A DNA stretch of 64,000 bases from Flavobacterium sp. (GCA_041917555.1 JAYRXL010000059.1:132504-196503); one strand, 5' to 3'. Shown: positions 46,474 to 57,124, counted from the first letter of the stretch. Program-made: numbers and translations. Notes: a model not told the origin generated them from the letters alone.

Positions 46474-49317
46474 ATGAAAACAGATTTATTTGCTTTACGT
46501 CACATAGGCACCGGTGAATCCGACCTAAACCATATGTTAACTACCATTGGAGCTGAATCCATGGAACAATTAATTTACGAAACCATTCCGGATGATATCT
46601 TACTTAAAAGTCCATTGAACCTGGAAGCACCCCTGTCGGAATTTGAATACCTTTCTCACATAACAGAACTTGGTAATAAAAATAAAGTTTTTAAGTCTTA
46701 TATCGGTTTGGGGTATCATCCCACTGTAGTACCGGCTGTAATTCAGCGCAACATTTTTGAAAACCCGGGCTGGTATACTGCCTACACACCGTATCAGGCT
46801 GAGATAGCACAGGGCCGATTGGAAGCCATTCTAAATTTCCAAACCATGGTTATTGAACTCACGGGTATGGAAATTGCCAATGCCTCTCTTTTGGACGAAG
46901 GTACTGCCGCTGCCGAAGCCATGGCGCTTTTATTTGATGTGCGCAGTCGCGATCAGAAAAAAAACAATGTCGCTAAATTTTTTGTGGCCGATGATGTGTT
47001 ACCACAAACCATCTCAGTATTACAAACACGTTCAACTCCTATCGGTATTGAACTCGTAATTGGCAATCCGGATACTTTCGATTTTTCGGGCGAATTCTTT
47101 GGTGCTTTGTTGCAATACCCGGGCAAATACGGTCAAGTACATGATATTTCAGGATTTATTGCTAAAGCCAAAGAAAATGAAATTCGCACTGCTGTAGCAA
47201 CCGACATCCTAGCGCTGGTAAAATTAACTTCTCCGGGAGAAATGGGCGCAGATGTTGTTGTGGGAACTACACAACGATTTGGAATTCCTATGGGTTATGG
47301 TGGTCCTCATGCTGCCTTTTTTGCTACAAAAGAAGAACACAAACGCTCTATGCCGGGACGCATCATTGGTGTAACAATTGATGCGAATGGGAATCGTGCA
47401 CTTCGTATGGCATTACAAACCCGCGAACAACATATCAAACGTGAAAAAGCAACTTCCAATATTTGTACTGCTCAAGTTTTATTAGCTGTAATGGCCGGTA
47501 TGTATGCCGTTTATCACGGCCCAAAAGGACTTCGTTATATTGCCGATAAAGTTCATGCTTCGGCTGTAACGCTAACCGACGCTTTAAATAAAATTGGCGT
47601 TTACCAAACCAATACGGCTTTCTTTGATACCTTGCTTTTTAAAGCGGATGCTCAAAAAGTGAGAACGGTGGCCGAACGTCATGAAATTAACTTTTTCTAT
47701 CCGGATGCGAATTCGGTTGCTATTGCGATAAACGAAACTACATCGCTCCACGACATCAATCAGATTGTAGCTGTTTTTGCTGAAGCCTTGGGTAAAGAAA
47801 CTGTGACAATTCACCAAATAGAAAATGCCACAATTATTCCTGAAAACCTACGTAGAACTTCGTCTTTTTTAACCCACGATGTTTTCAACAGCCACCATTC
47901 TGAAAGTCAGTTGATGCGCTATATTAAAAAATTAGAACGCAAAGATTTATCCCTAAATCATTCCATGATATCATTAGGTTCCTGCACCATGAAACTCAAT
48001 GCCGCCGCAGAAATGTTGCCGCTTTCGATGGCCAACTGGAACAATATGCACCCGTTTGCGCCGGTTGAACAAGCTGAAGGGTATCAAATCATGCTGAAAA
48101 AACTGGAACACCAACTCAATATCATAACCGGATTTCAAGGCACAACGCTCCAACCTAATTCGGGTGCTCAGGGTGAATACGCGGGACTTATGGCCATTCG
48201 TGCCTACCACCAATCCCGAGGGGAATCGCATCGAAATGTGTGTTTGATACCGGCTTCAGCTCATGGTACAAATCCGGCTTCGGCAGCCATGGCCGGCATG
48301 CATATTATTGTTACTAAAACCACCCCGGAAGGCAATATTGATGTAGACGATTTGCGTGCAAAAGCTATTGAAAATGCCGCTAATCTTTCCTGCTTAATGG
48401 TAACATACCCTTCTACTCATGGAGTATATGAAAGTGCCATTTGTGAAGTAACCGATATCATCCATGAAAACGGAGGTTTAGTCTATATGGATGGTGCCAA
48501 CATGAATGCCCAAGTGGGCTTAACCAATCCGGCTACCATTGGTGCTGATGTATGTCACCTTAACCTACACAAAACATTTGCTATACCTCACGGAGGCGGA
48601 GGTCCTGGAGTGGGACCTATTTGTGTGAATGAAAAATTGGTTCCTTTCCTCCCTACCAACCCAATTATTCCGGTGGGAGGCGATAAAGCCATTACCGCTA
48701 TTTCGGCAGCTCCTTACGGATCCGCATTGGTTTGTTTAATCTCCTACGGTTACATCACCATGATGGGAGCCGAAGGCTTAACCAATGCTACTAAATATGC
48801 TATTTTAAATGCAAACTATATTAAGGCGCGTTTAGAAAGCCACTACCCTATTTTATATAGTGGAGAACGGGGCCGTGCCGCACATGAAATGATACTCGAT
48901 TGCCGCGAATTCAAACAAAAAGGCATTGAAGTTACCGATATCGCCAAACGTTTGATGGATTATGGATTTCATGCGCCTACCGTTTCATTCCCGGTTGCCG
49001 GAACACTCATGGTTGAACCGACAGAATCAGAAGACAGAGCAGAATTGGATCGTTTTTGTGATGCAATGATTTCCATTCGCAAAGAAATTGAAACAGCTAC
49101 AGCCGAAGAACCAATCAATGTTCTCAAAAATGCACCACATACATTGGCTATGCTAACTGCAAACGACTGGAATATGCCTTACACACGTGAACAAGCTGCC
49201 TTTCCGTTGACATACTTAAGCGAAAATAAATTCTGGCCAAGTGTGCGCCGCGTTGATGATGCTTACGGTGACCGCAATTTGGTTTGCTCGTGTGCACCAA
49301 TCGAAGCTTATATGTAA
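46474..49317 (+). CDS. gcvP: Glycine dehydrogenase (decarboxylating), P protein
   Basis: YTPYQAEIAQGRLE; TSNICTAQ; HLNLHKTF..PHGGGGPG. Confidence 0.97.
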   Translation: MKTDLFALRHIGTGESDLNHMLTTIGAESMEQLIYETIPDDILLKSPLNLEAPLSEFEYLSHITELGNKNKVFKSYIGLGYHPTVVPAVIQRNIFENPGWYTAYTPYQAEIAQGRLEAILNFQTMVIELTGMEIANASLLDEGTAAAEAMALLFDVRSRDQKKNNVAKFFVADDVLPQTISVLQTRSTPIGIELVIGNPDTFDFSGEFFGALLQYPGKYGQVHDISGFIAKAKENEIRTAVATDILALVKLTSPGEMGADVVVGTTQRFGIPMGYGGPHAAFFATKEEHKRSMPGRIIGVTIDANGNRALRMALQTREQHIKREKATSNICTAQVLLAVMAGMYAVYHGPKGLRYIADKVHASAVTLTDALNKIGVYQTNTAFFDTLLFKADAQKVRTVAERHEINFFYPDANSVAIAINETTSLHDINQIVAVFAEALGKETVTIHQIENATIIPENLRRTSSFLTHDVFNSHHSESQLMRYIKKLERKDLSLNHSMISLGSCTMKLNAAAEMLPLSMANWNNMHPFAPVEQAEGYQIMLKKLEHQLNIITGFQGTTLQPNSGAQGEYAGLMAIRAYHQSRGESHRNVCLIPASAHGTNPASAAMAGMHIIVTKTTPEGNIDVDDLRAKAIENAANLSCLMVTYPSTHGVYESAICEVTDIIHENGGLVYMDGANMNAQVGLTNPATIGADVCHLNLHKTFAIPHGGGGPGVGPICVNEKLVPFLPTNPIIPVGGDKAITAISAAPYGSALVCLISYGYITMMGAEGLTNATKYAILNANYIKARLESHYPILYSGERGRAAHEMILDCREFKQKGIEVTDIAKRLMDYGFHAPTVSFPVAGTLMVEPTESEDRAELDRFCDAMISIRKEIETATAEEPINVLKNAPHTLAMLTANDWNMPYTREQAAFPLTYLSENKFWPSVRRVDDAYGDRNLVCSCAPIEAYM

Positions 49318-49320
49318 AAT

Positions 49321-49393
49321 TTGTTTCAAGTTTCAGGTTCCAAGTTGGTATACAAGCACCAACTTGAAACCTGAAACTTTTAACTTGAAACAA
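49321..49393. repeat. Inverted repeat built from 7-bp units
   Basis: agtttcaggttccaagttggt / accaacttgaaacctgaaact (21 bp, 1 mismatch) plus outer ttgtttcaag / cttgaaacaa. Confidence 0.85.
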
Positions 49394-49401
49394 GCCATTT
49401 T

Positions 49402-49788
49402 ATGCACGACATTCAGACCCAAGATGATATTTACCTCATCGTATCCGATTTCTACAAACGCTTATTCGCTGATGAGCGTATCAGTTATATTTTTACACAA
49501 GTTACCGCTGTAGATCAAAAACTGGAAGAACACCTGCAAATGTTAGTCACCTTTTGGTCACAATCCATTTTGGGAACTGGCGGCTACTTCAATAATCTAA
49601 CCCAAATCCATCTCGACGTTAATGCCAAATCGCATTTAAGCAAAGCACTTTTCGATATTTGGCTATTCCATTTTGAAGCTGCAATCGATGCGCATTATAG
49701 TGGTTTTAATTGTGAGCGTATGAAAAATCAGGCGCACAGTTTATCTACCATCATGCAGATAAAAATTGCACGCGAAAAAGAAGTCTGA
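49402..49788 (+). CDS. Group III truncated hemoglobin
   Basis: DI..IV..FY; EHL...FW; H; F..WL.HF...ID. Confidence 0.85.
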   Translation: MHDIQTQDDIYLIVSDFYKRLFADERISYIFTQVTAVDQKLEEHLQMLVTFWSQSILGTGGYFNNLTQIHLDVNAKSHLSKALFDIWLFHFEAAIDAHYSGFNCERMKNQAHSLSTIMQIKIAREKEV

Positions 49789-49909
49789 ATTTTTAAATTT
49801 TGCAATTTAAACTCCACATTTTTACGGATTTGATAATAATTCAATTTTTGCACACCAAAAGAATACTAAGCCCATTATTTATACTTATTTTCGTTTAAAA
49901 TAGTGAACT

Positions 49910-50968
49910 ATGAACATCAAAATCACCGGATCGGGTTGCTATATTCCAACCGAAACTGTCACCAATCTCGACTTCGCTAAACACGAATTTTTAAACGATG
50001 ACGGATCTCCTTTTCCCTATCCAAATGAGGTAGTTGCCGAAAAATTTTTGGAAATTACCGGTATTCAGGAGCGTCGCTATGTTACACCCGATTTACTCAC
50101 ATCAGACATTGCAACACTTGCTGCAAAAAAAGCCATTGAAGATGCCGGCATTGATCCGGAAACATTGGATTATATTATATTGGCGCACAATTTTGGAAAT
50201 GTGAAACACGGCGCTATTCAAAGCGATATTTTGCCAAGTTTAGCTTCGCGTGTAAAATATGATTTGCGAATCAAGAATCCGAATTGTGTAGCTTACGATA
50301 TTCTTTTTGGCTGTCCGGGCTGGATTGAAGGCGTTATACAAGCTTGGGCATTTATCCGTTCTGGAATGGCAAAACGTTGTTTGGTAATTGGTGCCGAAAC
50401 CTTATCACGCGTAGTCGACATGCATGATCGCGATAGTATGATTTACTCAGATGGCGCGGGAGCTACCATCATTGAAGCAACTGACGCCGCCGGTGGAATC
50501 TTAGCCCATGAAAGTGCAACCTATGCCTATGATGAAGCCTATTACCTGTATTTTGGCAACTCCTTTAATGACACTCACGATCCGGATGTGCGCTACATCA
50601 AAATGTATGGCCGCAAAATCTATGAATTCGCTTTAAGCAACGTACCAAAAGCGATGGCTGCTTGTTTGGATAAAAGTGGTTTAGACATCAGTCAGGTTAA
50701 AAAAGTACTCATTCACCAAGCTAACGAAAAAATGGACGAAGCCATAATTCATCGCTTCTTCAAATTATACAAACAAACTCCACCCGAAGGAGTAATGCCA
50801 ATGAGTATTCATAAACTGGGTAATTCCAGTGTGGCTACGGTTCCAACACTGTATGATCTCTTGATAAAAGGGCAAATCGAAAATCAAAGTTTAAATCCGG
50901 GCGATGTGGTTCTCTTTGCCTCTGTGGGCGCCGGCATGAATATTAATGCGTTTGTGTATCAAATGTAA
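49910..50968 (+). CDS. fabH: 3-oxoacyl-ACP synthase III family
   Basis: FGCPG (catalytic Cys); HQAN; GNSS; DGAGA. Confidence 0.88.
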   Translation: MNIKITGSGCYIPTETVTNLDFAKHEFLNDDGSPFPYPNEVVAEKFLEITGIQERRYVTPDLLTSDIATLAAKKAIEDAGIDPETLDYIILAHNFGNVKHGAIQSDILPSLASRVKYDLRIKNPNCVAYDILFGCPGWIEGVIQAWAFIRSGMAKRCLVIGAETLSRVVDMHDRDSMIYSDGAGATIIEATDAAGGILAHESATYAYDEAYYLYFGNSFNDTHDPDVRYIKMYGRKIYEFALSNVPKAMAACLDKSGLDISQVKKVLIHQANEKMDEAIIHRFFKLYKQTPPEGVMPMSIHKLGNSSVATVPTLYDLLIKGQIENQSLNPGDVVLFASVGAGMNINAFVYQM

Positions 50969-51042
50969 TCTTTTTCAAGTTTATAGTTTGTTGTTTTTGG
51001 TTAATAGTTAATTTTGTGCAACCATAAACAATAAACACTTCA

Positions 51043-51564
51043 ATGTACGAAAAAACATATCCAAGCAAACGCTTCAACCTGACCTTAGCTTTTTTAAAAA
51101 AACACATTGCTACTTCAGAAACTATTTTCGATTTAGGTGTTCCGAATCCGTTTTCTAAAATCATGGAAGAAAATGGTTATAAAGTCATCAATACATCCGG
51201 TGAAGATTTGGATGAAAACCAAAACGCTTTAAAAGAGCAGGAATATGAAGTGTTTACCGCTTTTGAAATCTTCGAACACTTACTCAATCCGTATACAGTT
51301 TTACAAAATGTGAAATGCGATAAAGTGCTGATTTCAATTCCGCTACGTTTATGGTTTTCACCTGCGTATCGCAGCAAAACAGACATGTGGGACCGCCATT
51401 ACCACGAATTTGAAGATTGGCAATTGGATTGGCTTTTAGAAAAAACAGGATTTAAAATTGTGGACCGAGTGAAGTTTACACATCCGGTTAAAAAATTCGG
51501 AATCCGACCGTTGTTGCGTTATTTTACACCACGCTATTATATGGTTTACGCTGTTCGTCAATAG
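51043..51564 (+). CDS. Small SAM-dependent methyltransferase-like protein
   Basis: IFDLGVPN; FEIFEHL.NP. Confidence 0.7.
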   Translation: MYEKTYPSKRFNLTLAFLKKHIATSETIFDLGVPNPFSKIMEENGYKVINTSGEDLDENQNALKEQEYEVFTAFEIFEHLLNPYTVLQNVKCDKVLISIPLRLWFSPAYRSKTDMWDRHYHEFEDWQLDWLLEKTGFKIVDRVKFTHPVKKFGIRPLLRYFTPRYYMVYAVRQ

Positions 51565-51708
51565 CAATAGCAATGGCAATGAAAATGACAATGGCAATGG
51601 CAATGACAATGGCAATGACAATGGCAATGACAATGACAATGGCAATGGCAATAGCAATACCAATGACAATGGCAATGAAAATGGCAATGAGAATGGCAAT
51701 GGCAATAG
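51559..51708 (+). repeat. Degenerate hexamer array, (CAATGR)-type, 25 units
   Basis: Counted 25 consecutive 6-mers beginning at the stop-containing caatag. Confidence 0.95.
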
Positions 51709-51748
51709 CAAATTCAAAAGTTAACTTCAATTTTTTATAGTTTACACT

Positions 51749-52597
51749 ATGAAATACCAAATTATCATTCCTACCTATAACGAGGAAAAGTTTATTTCGT
51801 TAACCTTGCAGTCTTTGGTTGAACAGACTGTTTTGCCTACTAAAATTGTAGTGGTGAATGATAATTCTACCGATACAACTCCTGAAATTGTTTCTGAATT
51901 TGCGTCCAAATATCCAATCATCAATTTAGTAAATAAAACTTCAGATGCGGTTCATATGCCCGGTAGTAAAGTCATACAAGCGTTTCAAAAAGGATTAGAA
52001 ACGTTAGATGAAAATTATGATTTTATCGTAAAAGCCGATGCTGATTTGATTTTTCCTCCAAATTATTTCGAAACCATTATCCACCATTTTCAATCGGATG
52101 CCAAAATTGGAATGGCGGGCGGATTTTGTTATATCGAAAAAAATGGCGAATGGATTTTAGAAAACCTGACCGATAAAGACCACATTCGCGGTGCATTGAA
52201 AGCGTATCGAAAAGAAACGTTCAAACAAATTGGTGGATTAAAACCCCAAATGGGTTGGGATACTGTAGACGAATTGCTTTGCAAATTCTATAATTGGAAA
52301 GTGGTAACGGATGAAAGTTTACAGGTAAAACATCTAAAACCTACAGGAGCCGTTTACAACCAAGCTGCACGATTTAAACAAGGAGAAGCATTTTACACTT
52401 TGGGATATGGATTTTTCATCACAACCGTTGCGTCTTTAAAATTAGCGATGCGCAAAGGAAAACCCTTATTGTTTTTAGATTACATTAAGGGATTTTGGAA
52501 GGCTAAAAGGTCAAAAAAGCCATTATTAGTAACCGAAGAGCAAGCTAAATTCATCAGAAAGTACCGTTGGAGAAAAATGAAGGAAAAATTATTTTAA
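51749..52597 (+). CDS. Glycosyltransferase family 2
   Basis: IIIPTYNEE; VVNDNSTD; KADAD. Confidence 0.92.
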   Translation: MKYQIIIPTYNEEKFISLTLQSLVEQTVLPTKIVVVNDNSTDTTPEIVSEFASKYPIINLVNKTSDAVHMPGSKVIQAFQKGLETLDENYDFIVKADADLIFPPNYFETIIHHFQSDAKIGMAGGFCYIEKNGEWILENLTDKDHIRGALKAYRKETFKQIGGLKPQMGWDTVDELLCKFYNWKVVTDESLQVKHLKPTGAVYNQAARFKQGEAFYTLGYGFFITTVASLKLAMRKGKPLLFLDYIKGFWKAKRSKKPLLVTEEQAKFIRKYRWRKMKEKLF

Positions 52598-52679
52598 AAC
52601 CTGTTTCATTCAACCTAAACTACAATTAGTCATTGACACGTAAAAAAAATAAATTACTTTTGCGATAACTCTGAAACTA

Positions 52680-53429
52680 ATGATGCTGATTCGCTATTTA
52701 TCGCAGATTGGAAAGTATTTTCTGATGCTTAGAGAGGTTTTTGTAAAACCTACAAAGTGGTCTGTGATGCGCGGTTTAATTTTTAAAGAAATAGATGATC
52801 TGGTTATCGATTCTTTAGGCATCGTATCCTTTATTTCGTTTTTTGTGGGTGGTGTGGTTTCAATACAAACAGCACTTAATTTAACCAACCCACTTATCCC
52901 AAAATTTCTTATTGGATTTGCCACAAGGCAATCGGTTATTCTTGAATTTGCACCCACTTTTATATCCATCATTATGGCAGGTAAAATGGGGTCGTTTATT
53001 ACTTCCAGCATTGGAACCATGCGGGTTACCGAACAAATTGATGCCTTAGAAGTGATGGGGGTAAATTCCTTAAATTATTTGGTTTTTCCAAAAATTACGG
53101 CACTTCTTCTCTACCCTTTTGTAATTGGAATTGCCATGTTTTTGGGCATTTTAGGTGGTTGGATGGGTGGCGTTTACGGCGGATTTACCAGCAGTGCGGA
53201 ATTTATTCAAGGTATTCAAACCGATTTTATTCCGTTTCATATTACCTATGCGTTTATTAAAACCTTTGTATTTGCTGTTTTATTAGCAACCATACCCTCT
53301 TTTCATGGCTATTATATGAAAGGTGGCGCACTCGAAGTGGGTAAAGCCAGCACGGTTTCGTTTGTATGGACTTCGGTTGTAATTATCCTCTCCAATTATA
53401 TACTAACTCAACTCCTTTTGGCCTCATGA
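52680..53429 (+). CDS. mlaE: MlaE-family ABC permease
   Basis: LEFAP; AGKMGS; MRVTEQIDALEVMG. Confidence 0.92.
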   Translation: MMLIRYLSQIGKYFLMLREVFVKPTKWSVMRGLIFKEIDDLVIDSLGIVSFISFFVGGVVSIQTALNLTNPLIPKFLIGFATRQSVILEFAPTFISIIMAGKMGSFITSSIGTMRVTEQIDALEVMGVNSLNYLVFPKITALLLYPFVIGIAMFLGILGGWMGGVYGGFTSSAEFIQGIQTDFIPFHITYAFIKTFVFAVLLATIPSFHGYYMKGGALEVGKASTVSFVWTSVVIILSNYILTQLLLAS

Positions 53430-54199
53430 TAGAAGTAAAAAATGTGGTAAAATCCTTTGGAGAGAGTACGGTTTTAAAAGGCATAACAACTACTTTTGAT
53501 ACCGGAAAAACCAATCTGATTATTGGGCAGAGTGGTTCCGGAAAAACCGTTTTATTAAAATCATTGTTGGGAATTCACACACCTGATTCGGGCACTATTG
53601 CATTTGACGGTAGAATTTATTCTGAAATGAATGCCGATGAAAGAAGGGACTTACGTACTGAGATTGGAATGGTATTCCAAGGCAGTGCTTTGTTTGACAG
53701 CATGACTGTTGAGGAAAATGTTGCCTTTCCGCTGCGAATGTTTACGAATAAAACACCTGCCGAAATTAAAGAGCGCGTTGATTTTGTGATTGATCGCGTA
53801 CATTTGGTAAATGCACACCACAAAAAACCTTCTGAAATTTCGGGTGGTATGCAAAAACGCGTTGCCATTGCCAGAGCTATCGTGAATAATCCGCAATATC
53901 TTTTTTGTGACGAACCTAATTCGGGCCTTGACCCCAAAACAGCAATTGTAATTGATAACCTTATTCATGAAATTACAGTTGAATATAACATAACCACTGT
54001 AATCAATACCCACGACATGAATTCGGTTATGGAAATAGGTGAAAAAATTGTATTTCTAAAAGAAGGTGTTTTAGCTTGGGAAGGAACCAAAAAAGATATT
54101 TTTAAAACCGATAATGAAGCCATAACCGACTTCGTATACTCTTCCAATCTTTTCAAAAAAATCAGAAAAGCGCAAAATAAAGAAGATAACACCCTATAA
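53426..54199 (+). CDS. mlaF: MlaF-family ABC ATPase (start MIEVKN)
   Basis: GQSGSGKT; FQGSALFDSMTV; SGGMQKRVAIARA. Confidence 0.88.
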   Translation: MIEVKNVVKSFGESTVLKGITTTFDTGKTNLIIGQSGSGKTVLLKSLLGIHTPDSGTIAFDGRIYSEMNADERRDLRTEIGMVFQGSALFDSMTVEENVAFPLRMFTNKTPAEIKERVDFVIDRVHLVNAHHKKPSEISGGMQKRVAIARAIVNNPQYLFCDEPNSGLDPKTAIVIDNLIHEITVEYNITTVINTHDMNSVMEIGEKIVFLKEGVLAWEGTKKDIFKTDNEAITDFVYSSNLFKKIRKAQNKEDNTL

Positions 54200-55255
54200 A
54201 TTCTTAACCATAGCAGTAATTCGCTTAATCTCTTGTTCTTTACTTTTAGGATAGATCATTAATACATCATCTTTGTCTACAATAATAAAATCATCCAATC
54301 CATCAACTACAACCAACTTTTTGCCATCCGCTCTGATGATATTATTCGAGGCATTTTCTAAAATAACTGTTGCATTGACTACGGCATTATTTTGTTCATC
54401 TTTATCCAATTTTTCATGCAATGAACCCCATGTTCCCAAATCATTCCAATCAAACTTAGCGGGTAAAACAAAAACATTTTTAGCATGTTCCATCACCGCA
54501 TAATCAATTGAAACATTCTCGGCTTCAGGATAATATTGAGCAATAAATGCCTGCTCTTTGTGGGTATTATAGAGCTCATTTCCTTTTTCAAATAAGGCAT
54601 TCATTTGAGGTTGAAATTGCATAAATGCTGTGGTAATTGACTTAACGCTCCAGATAAAAATACCGCCGTTCCACAAGTAATTCCCTTGTTCCAAAAATAG
54701 CTTAGCCGTTTCATAATCAGGTTTTTCGCGAAACTGACTCACCTTTTTTATTGGGTTACTGTCTGTTTTATCGTATTCAATATAACCAAAACCGGTATTG
54801 GGAAAGGTAGGCTGTATGCCGAGCGTAAGTAGTGCATCGTTCGCCATACAAAAATCAAAACACTGTTTTAAATCGGCACTAAACGCCATTTCGTCTTCTA
54901 TCCAGTGGTCGCTTGGCGCTACAACCATAACGGCATCCGGATTGATTTTTTTTATTTTTAAAGAGGCATATAAAATACAGGGCGCTGTATTGCGCATAGC
55001 CGGCTCTAACAAAACCTGATTGGGTTTTACTTGTGGTAACTGTTCAAGAACCAATCCGTTGTAACGTTCATTGGTTAGTATAAATATATTTTCGACAGGA
55101 ATTAGCTGCGTCAAACGGCTGAATGTTTTCTGAATAAGCGTTTCACCGGACCCCAACATATCGTGAAACTGCTTAGGAAAATCGGTTGTGCTCACTGGCC
55201 AAAAACGGGAACCTACTCCACCGGCCATGAGTATGGCATAATAATTAGAATTCAT
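54194..55255 (-). CDS. manC: Mannose-1-phosphate guanylyltransferase
   Basis: MAGGVGSRFWP; PKQF; EP..RNTAP; SIDYAVME; WNDLGTW. Confidence 0.92.
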   Translation of the reverse strand: MNSNYYAILMAGGVGSRFWPVSTTDFPKQFHDMLGSGETLIQKTFSRLTQLIPVENIFILTNERYNGLVLEQLPQVKPNQVLLEPAMRNTAPCILYASLKIKKINPDAVMVVAPSDHWIEDEMAFSADLKQCFDFCMANDALLTLGIQPTFPNTGFGYIEYDKTDSNPIKKVSQFREKPDYETAKLFLEQGNYLWNGGIFIWSVKSITTAFMQFQPQMNALFEKGNELYNTHKEQAFIAQYYPEAENVSIDYAVMEHAKNVFVLPAKFDWNDLGTWGSLHEKLDKDEQNNAVVNATVILENASNNIIRADGKKLVVVDGLDDFIIVDKDDVLMIYPKSKEQEIKRITAMVKNL

Positions 55256-55701
55256 TGTGGTGTGCTATTTTTTCGAATTACAGCAACAAAGATATTTATT
55301 ACCAAAACGATTTGAACTAAAAGTAGACTAAAAAAACTAATTAATGCCCAAAAATTGTAATCGGGTGAATCGGTAAAAAGATAATACCTCGGAAGCATAA
55401 GGTCTTCCCGATCTTTATATAATGAATAGAGTAAACCCATAAGAGCCCCAACCGAAACTATACTATGTGCCCAAGTAAGGAACTGTATCATTTGAATTTT
55501 AAGGTAGTGTAGGAAGGCATACAGCAAAAACAAAAACCCAAAAAACGCTGCCATTAGATAAAAAAAATGATTTTCTTGGATTACATAATAGGTATCATAA
55601 ATACTTAAAACAAATGTTTTATCCATTGAAAAAAAACTTTTAAGAAAAAGTAAAAGCGAGGTAATAAATAAAACAGGATATAATTGGAACCGATTCATCA
55701 T
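55252..55701 (-). CDS. Small membrane protein resembling the heme-copper oxidase subunit I C-terminus
   Basis: YDTYYV..ENHF; TWAH; LPRYY...D..YNFW. Confidence 0.6.
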   Translation of the reverse strand: MMNRFQLYPVLFITSLLLFLKSFFSMDKTFVLSIYDTYYVIQENHFFYLMAAFFGFLFLLYAFLHYLKIQMIQFLTWAHSIVSVGALMGLLYSLYKDREDLMLPRYYLFTDSPDYNFWALISFFSLLLVQIVLVINIFVAVIRKNSTPQ

Positions 55702-55702
55702 T

Positions 55703-56311
55703 TTACCCCGGTATCATTTCAACTTCGGCATTGGCATTAAATAAAAATGTGAGTCCGGTTGCTACCTCGATGCACTCATAGCGTTTTACCCGAAGTCCCT
55801 TTTTTTGAAAAACGCGTCCATTCCGAATTCGGAACAAGCTTCCATTGGGTACTTCGTGTATAAAATGCACATCCGGTTTGCGTTCATCAAATTGTTTCAA
55901 CGCATACGCCAATCGGGCATCGGTATCACTGCTGGCTGTTGGATTTCGAAAATGATTGGCCACAAGAGGCAAAACACTGTTGGGAAAAATTTCGGGTCGA
56001 ATAAAGGGCAACATCAATCGTTGGAACATCATTTTCCATTCGGCACCATGTGGTTTTATTGCTCTTCCAAAACGCTCGTAAGCTACCAAATGGGCAATTT
56101 CGTGAATTAATGTTATCAAAAAGCGGTATTTATTCAAACTCGCATTAACTGTAATTTCATGCTTTCCGTTGAGGGCTCTTCGGTAATCTCCGTGACGCGT
56201 TTGACGCTCATGGACGATTTTTAGGTGTACCGAATGGGTTTTGATTAATTCAAAACAAGGAATTACAGCATGCTCGGGCAAATATTTTCTTAAAACTTCC
56301 AATCTAATCAA
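55703..56311 (-). CDS. SprT-like zinc metalloprotease domain protein
   Basis: LIHEIAH; PHGAEWK. Confidence 0.88.
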   Translation of the reverse strand: MIRLEVLRKYLPEHAVIPCFELIKTHSVHLKIVHERQTRHGDYRRALNGKHEITVNASLNKYRFLITLIHEIAHLVAYERFGRAIKPHGAEWKMMFQRLMLPFIRPEIFPNSVLPLVANHFRNPTASSDTDARLAYALKQFDERKPDVHFIHEVPNGSLFRIRNGRVFQKKGLRVKRYECIEVATGLTFLFNANAEVEMIPG

Positions 56312-56413
56312 TCTCTTTTGATCCTATCTTAAATTTGATGCTGTATTCCATTTCGCTTTACGTTGCCATTTCATAATCATTTTAAAACATGAAGTTGCTT
56401 AAAGCAAATGAAA

Positions 56414-57091
56414 TTAAGGTGTAGTGGAACTAACCTGAATAATTTTACCGTTAAAATAGGCATTCCCATTCAGGGCAAAATCAAAAATATAGTGCGCCAT
56501 TTTTTCGGCACTCAAAGGCGCTTGATAGCCCGGAAATGCTTCTTCCAACATTTCCGTTTGAACCGCACCTAACGCCAGAACATTAAATGCAATTCCTCTT
56601 TCTTTATATTCTTCAGCTAATAATTCTGACAACGTAATAACGGCTCCTTTACTGGAACTGTAGGCTGCCAAACCGGGAAATTTCATACTGCCTTGAATTC
56701 CTCCCATAGAACTGATTGTTACAACGTGACTGCCATACTCCATAAAGGGAAGACAGACTTGCGTGAGCAGAGCAACGCCAAAAACATTCACCCTATAGAC
56801 CCGTTCAAAATCGTTTACCGATAAATCTTCGAAAGGTTTGGTAACCAAACAACCTGCATTATGGATTAGAATATCGGTTTTTTTCCAAGTAGATTCCAAA
56901 AAATGAGAAACTTGTTCCAGATCGTCCTCGATGGTTATATCCAAGGATAAACAGGTAATATTGGGATTTCCCAACAACGCATCAGGTATATTGCGCGACA
57001 ACGCCAAAACACGATGCCCGTTTTCTGCAAATCGTAGAGCCAATTGAAGTCCGATGCCACGTGAGGTACCGGTAATGATTACGTTTTTCAT
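56414..57091 (-). CDS. Short-chain dehydrogenase/reductase
   Basis: TGTSRGIG; NAG; YSSSK. Confidence 0.92.
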   Translation of the reverse strand: MKNVIITGTSRGIGLQLALRFAENGHRVLALSRNIPDALLGNPNITCLSLDITIEDDLEQVSHFLESTWKKTDILIHNAGCLVTKPFEDLSVNDFERVYRVNVFGVALLTQVCLPFMEYGSHVVTISSMGGIQGSMKFPGLAAYSSSKGAVITLSELLAEEYKERGIAFNVLALGAVQTEMLEEAFPGYQAPLSAEKMAHYIFDFALNGNAYFNGKIIQVSSTTP

Positions 57092-57124
57092 CTAATTTTT
57101 TTGTAAAAATACATATTTGAATTT

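Noticed and set aside
51436-51760. ORFs 51436-51717 (LPLSLP) and 51524-51760 (IAIAIV) suggesting low-complexity membrane peptides
   Set aside because: They are translations of the hexamer array on the antisense strand and overlap real genes.
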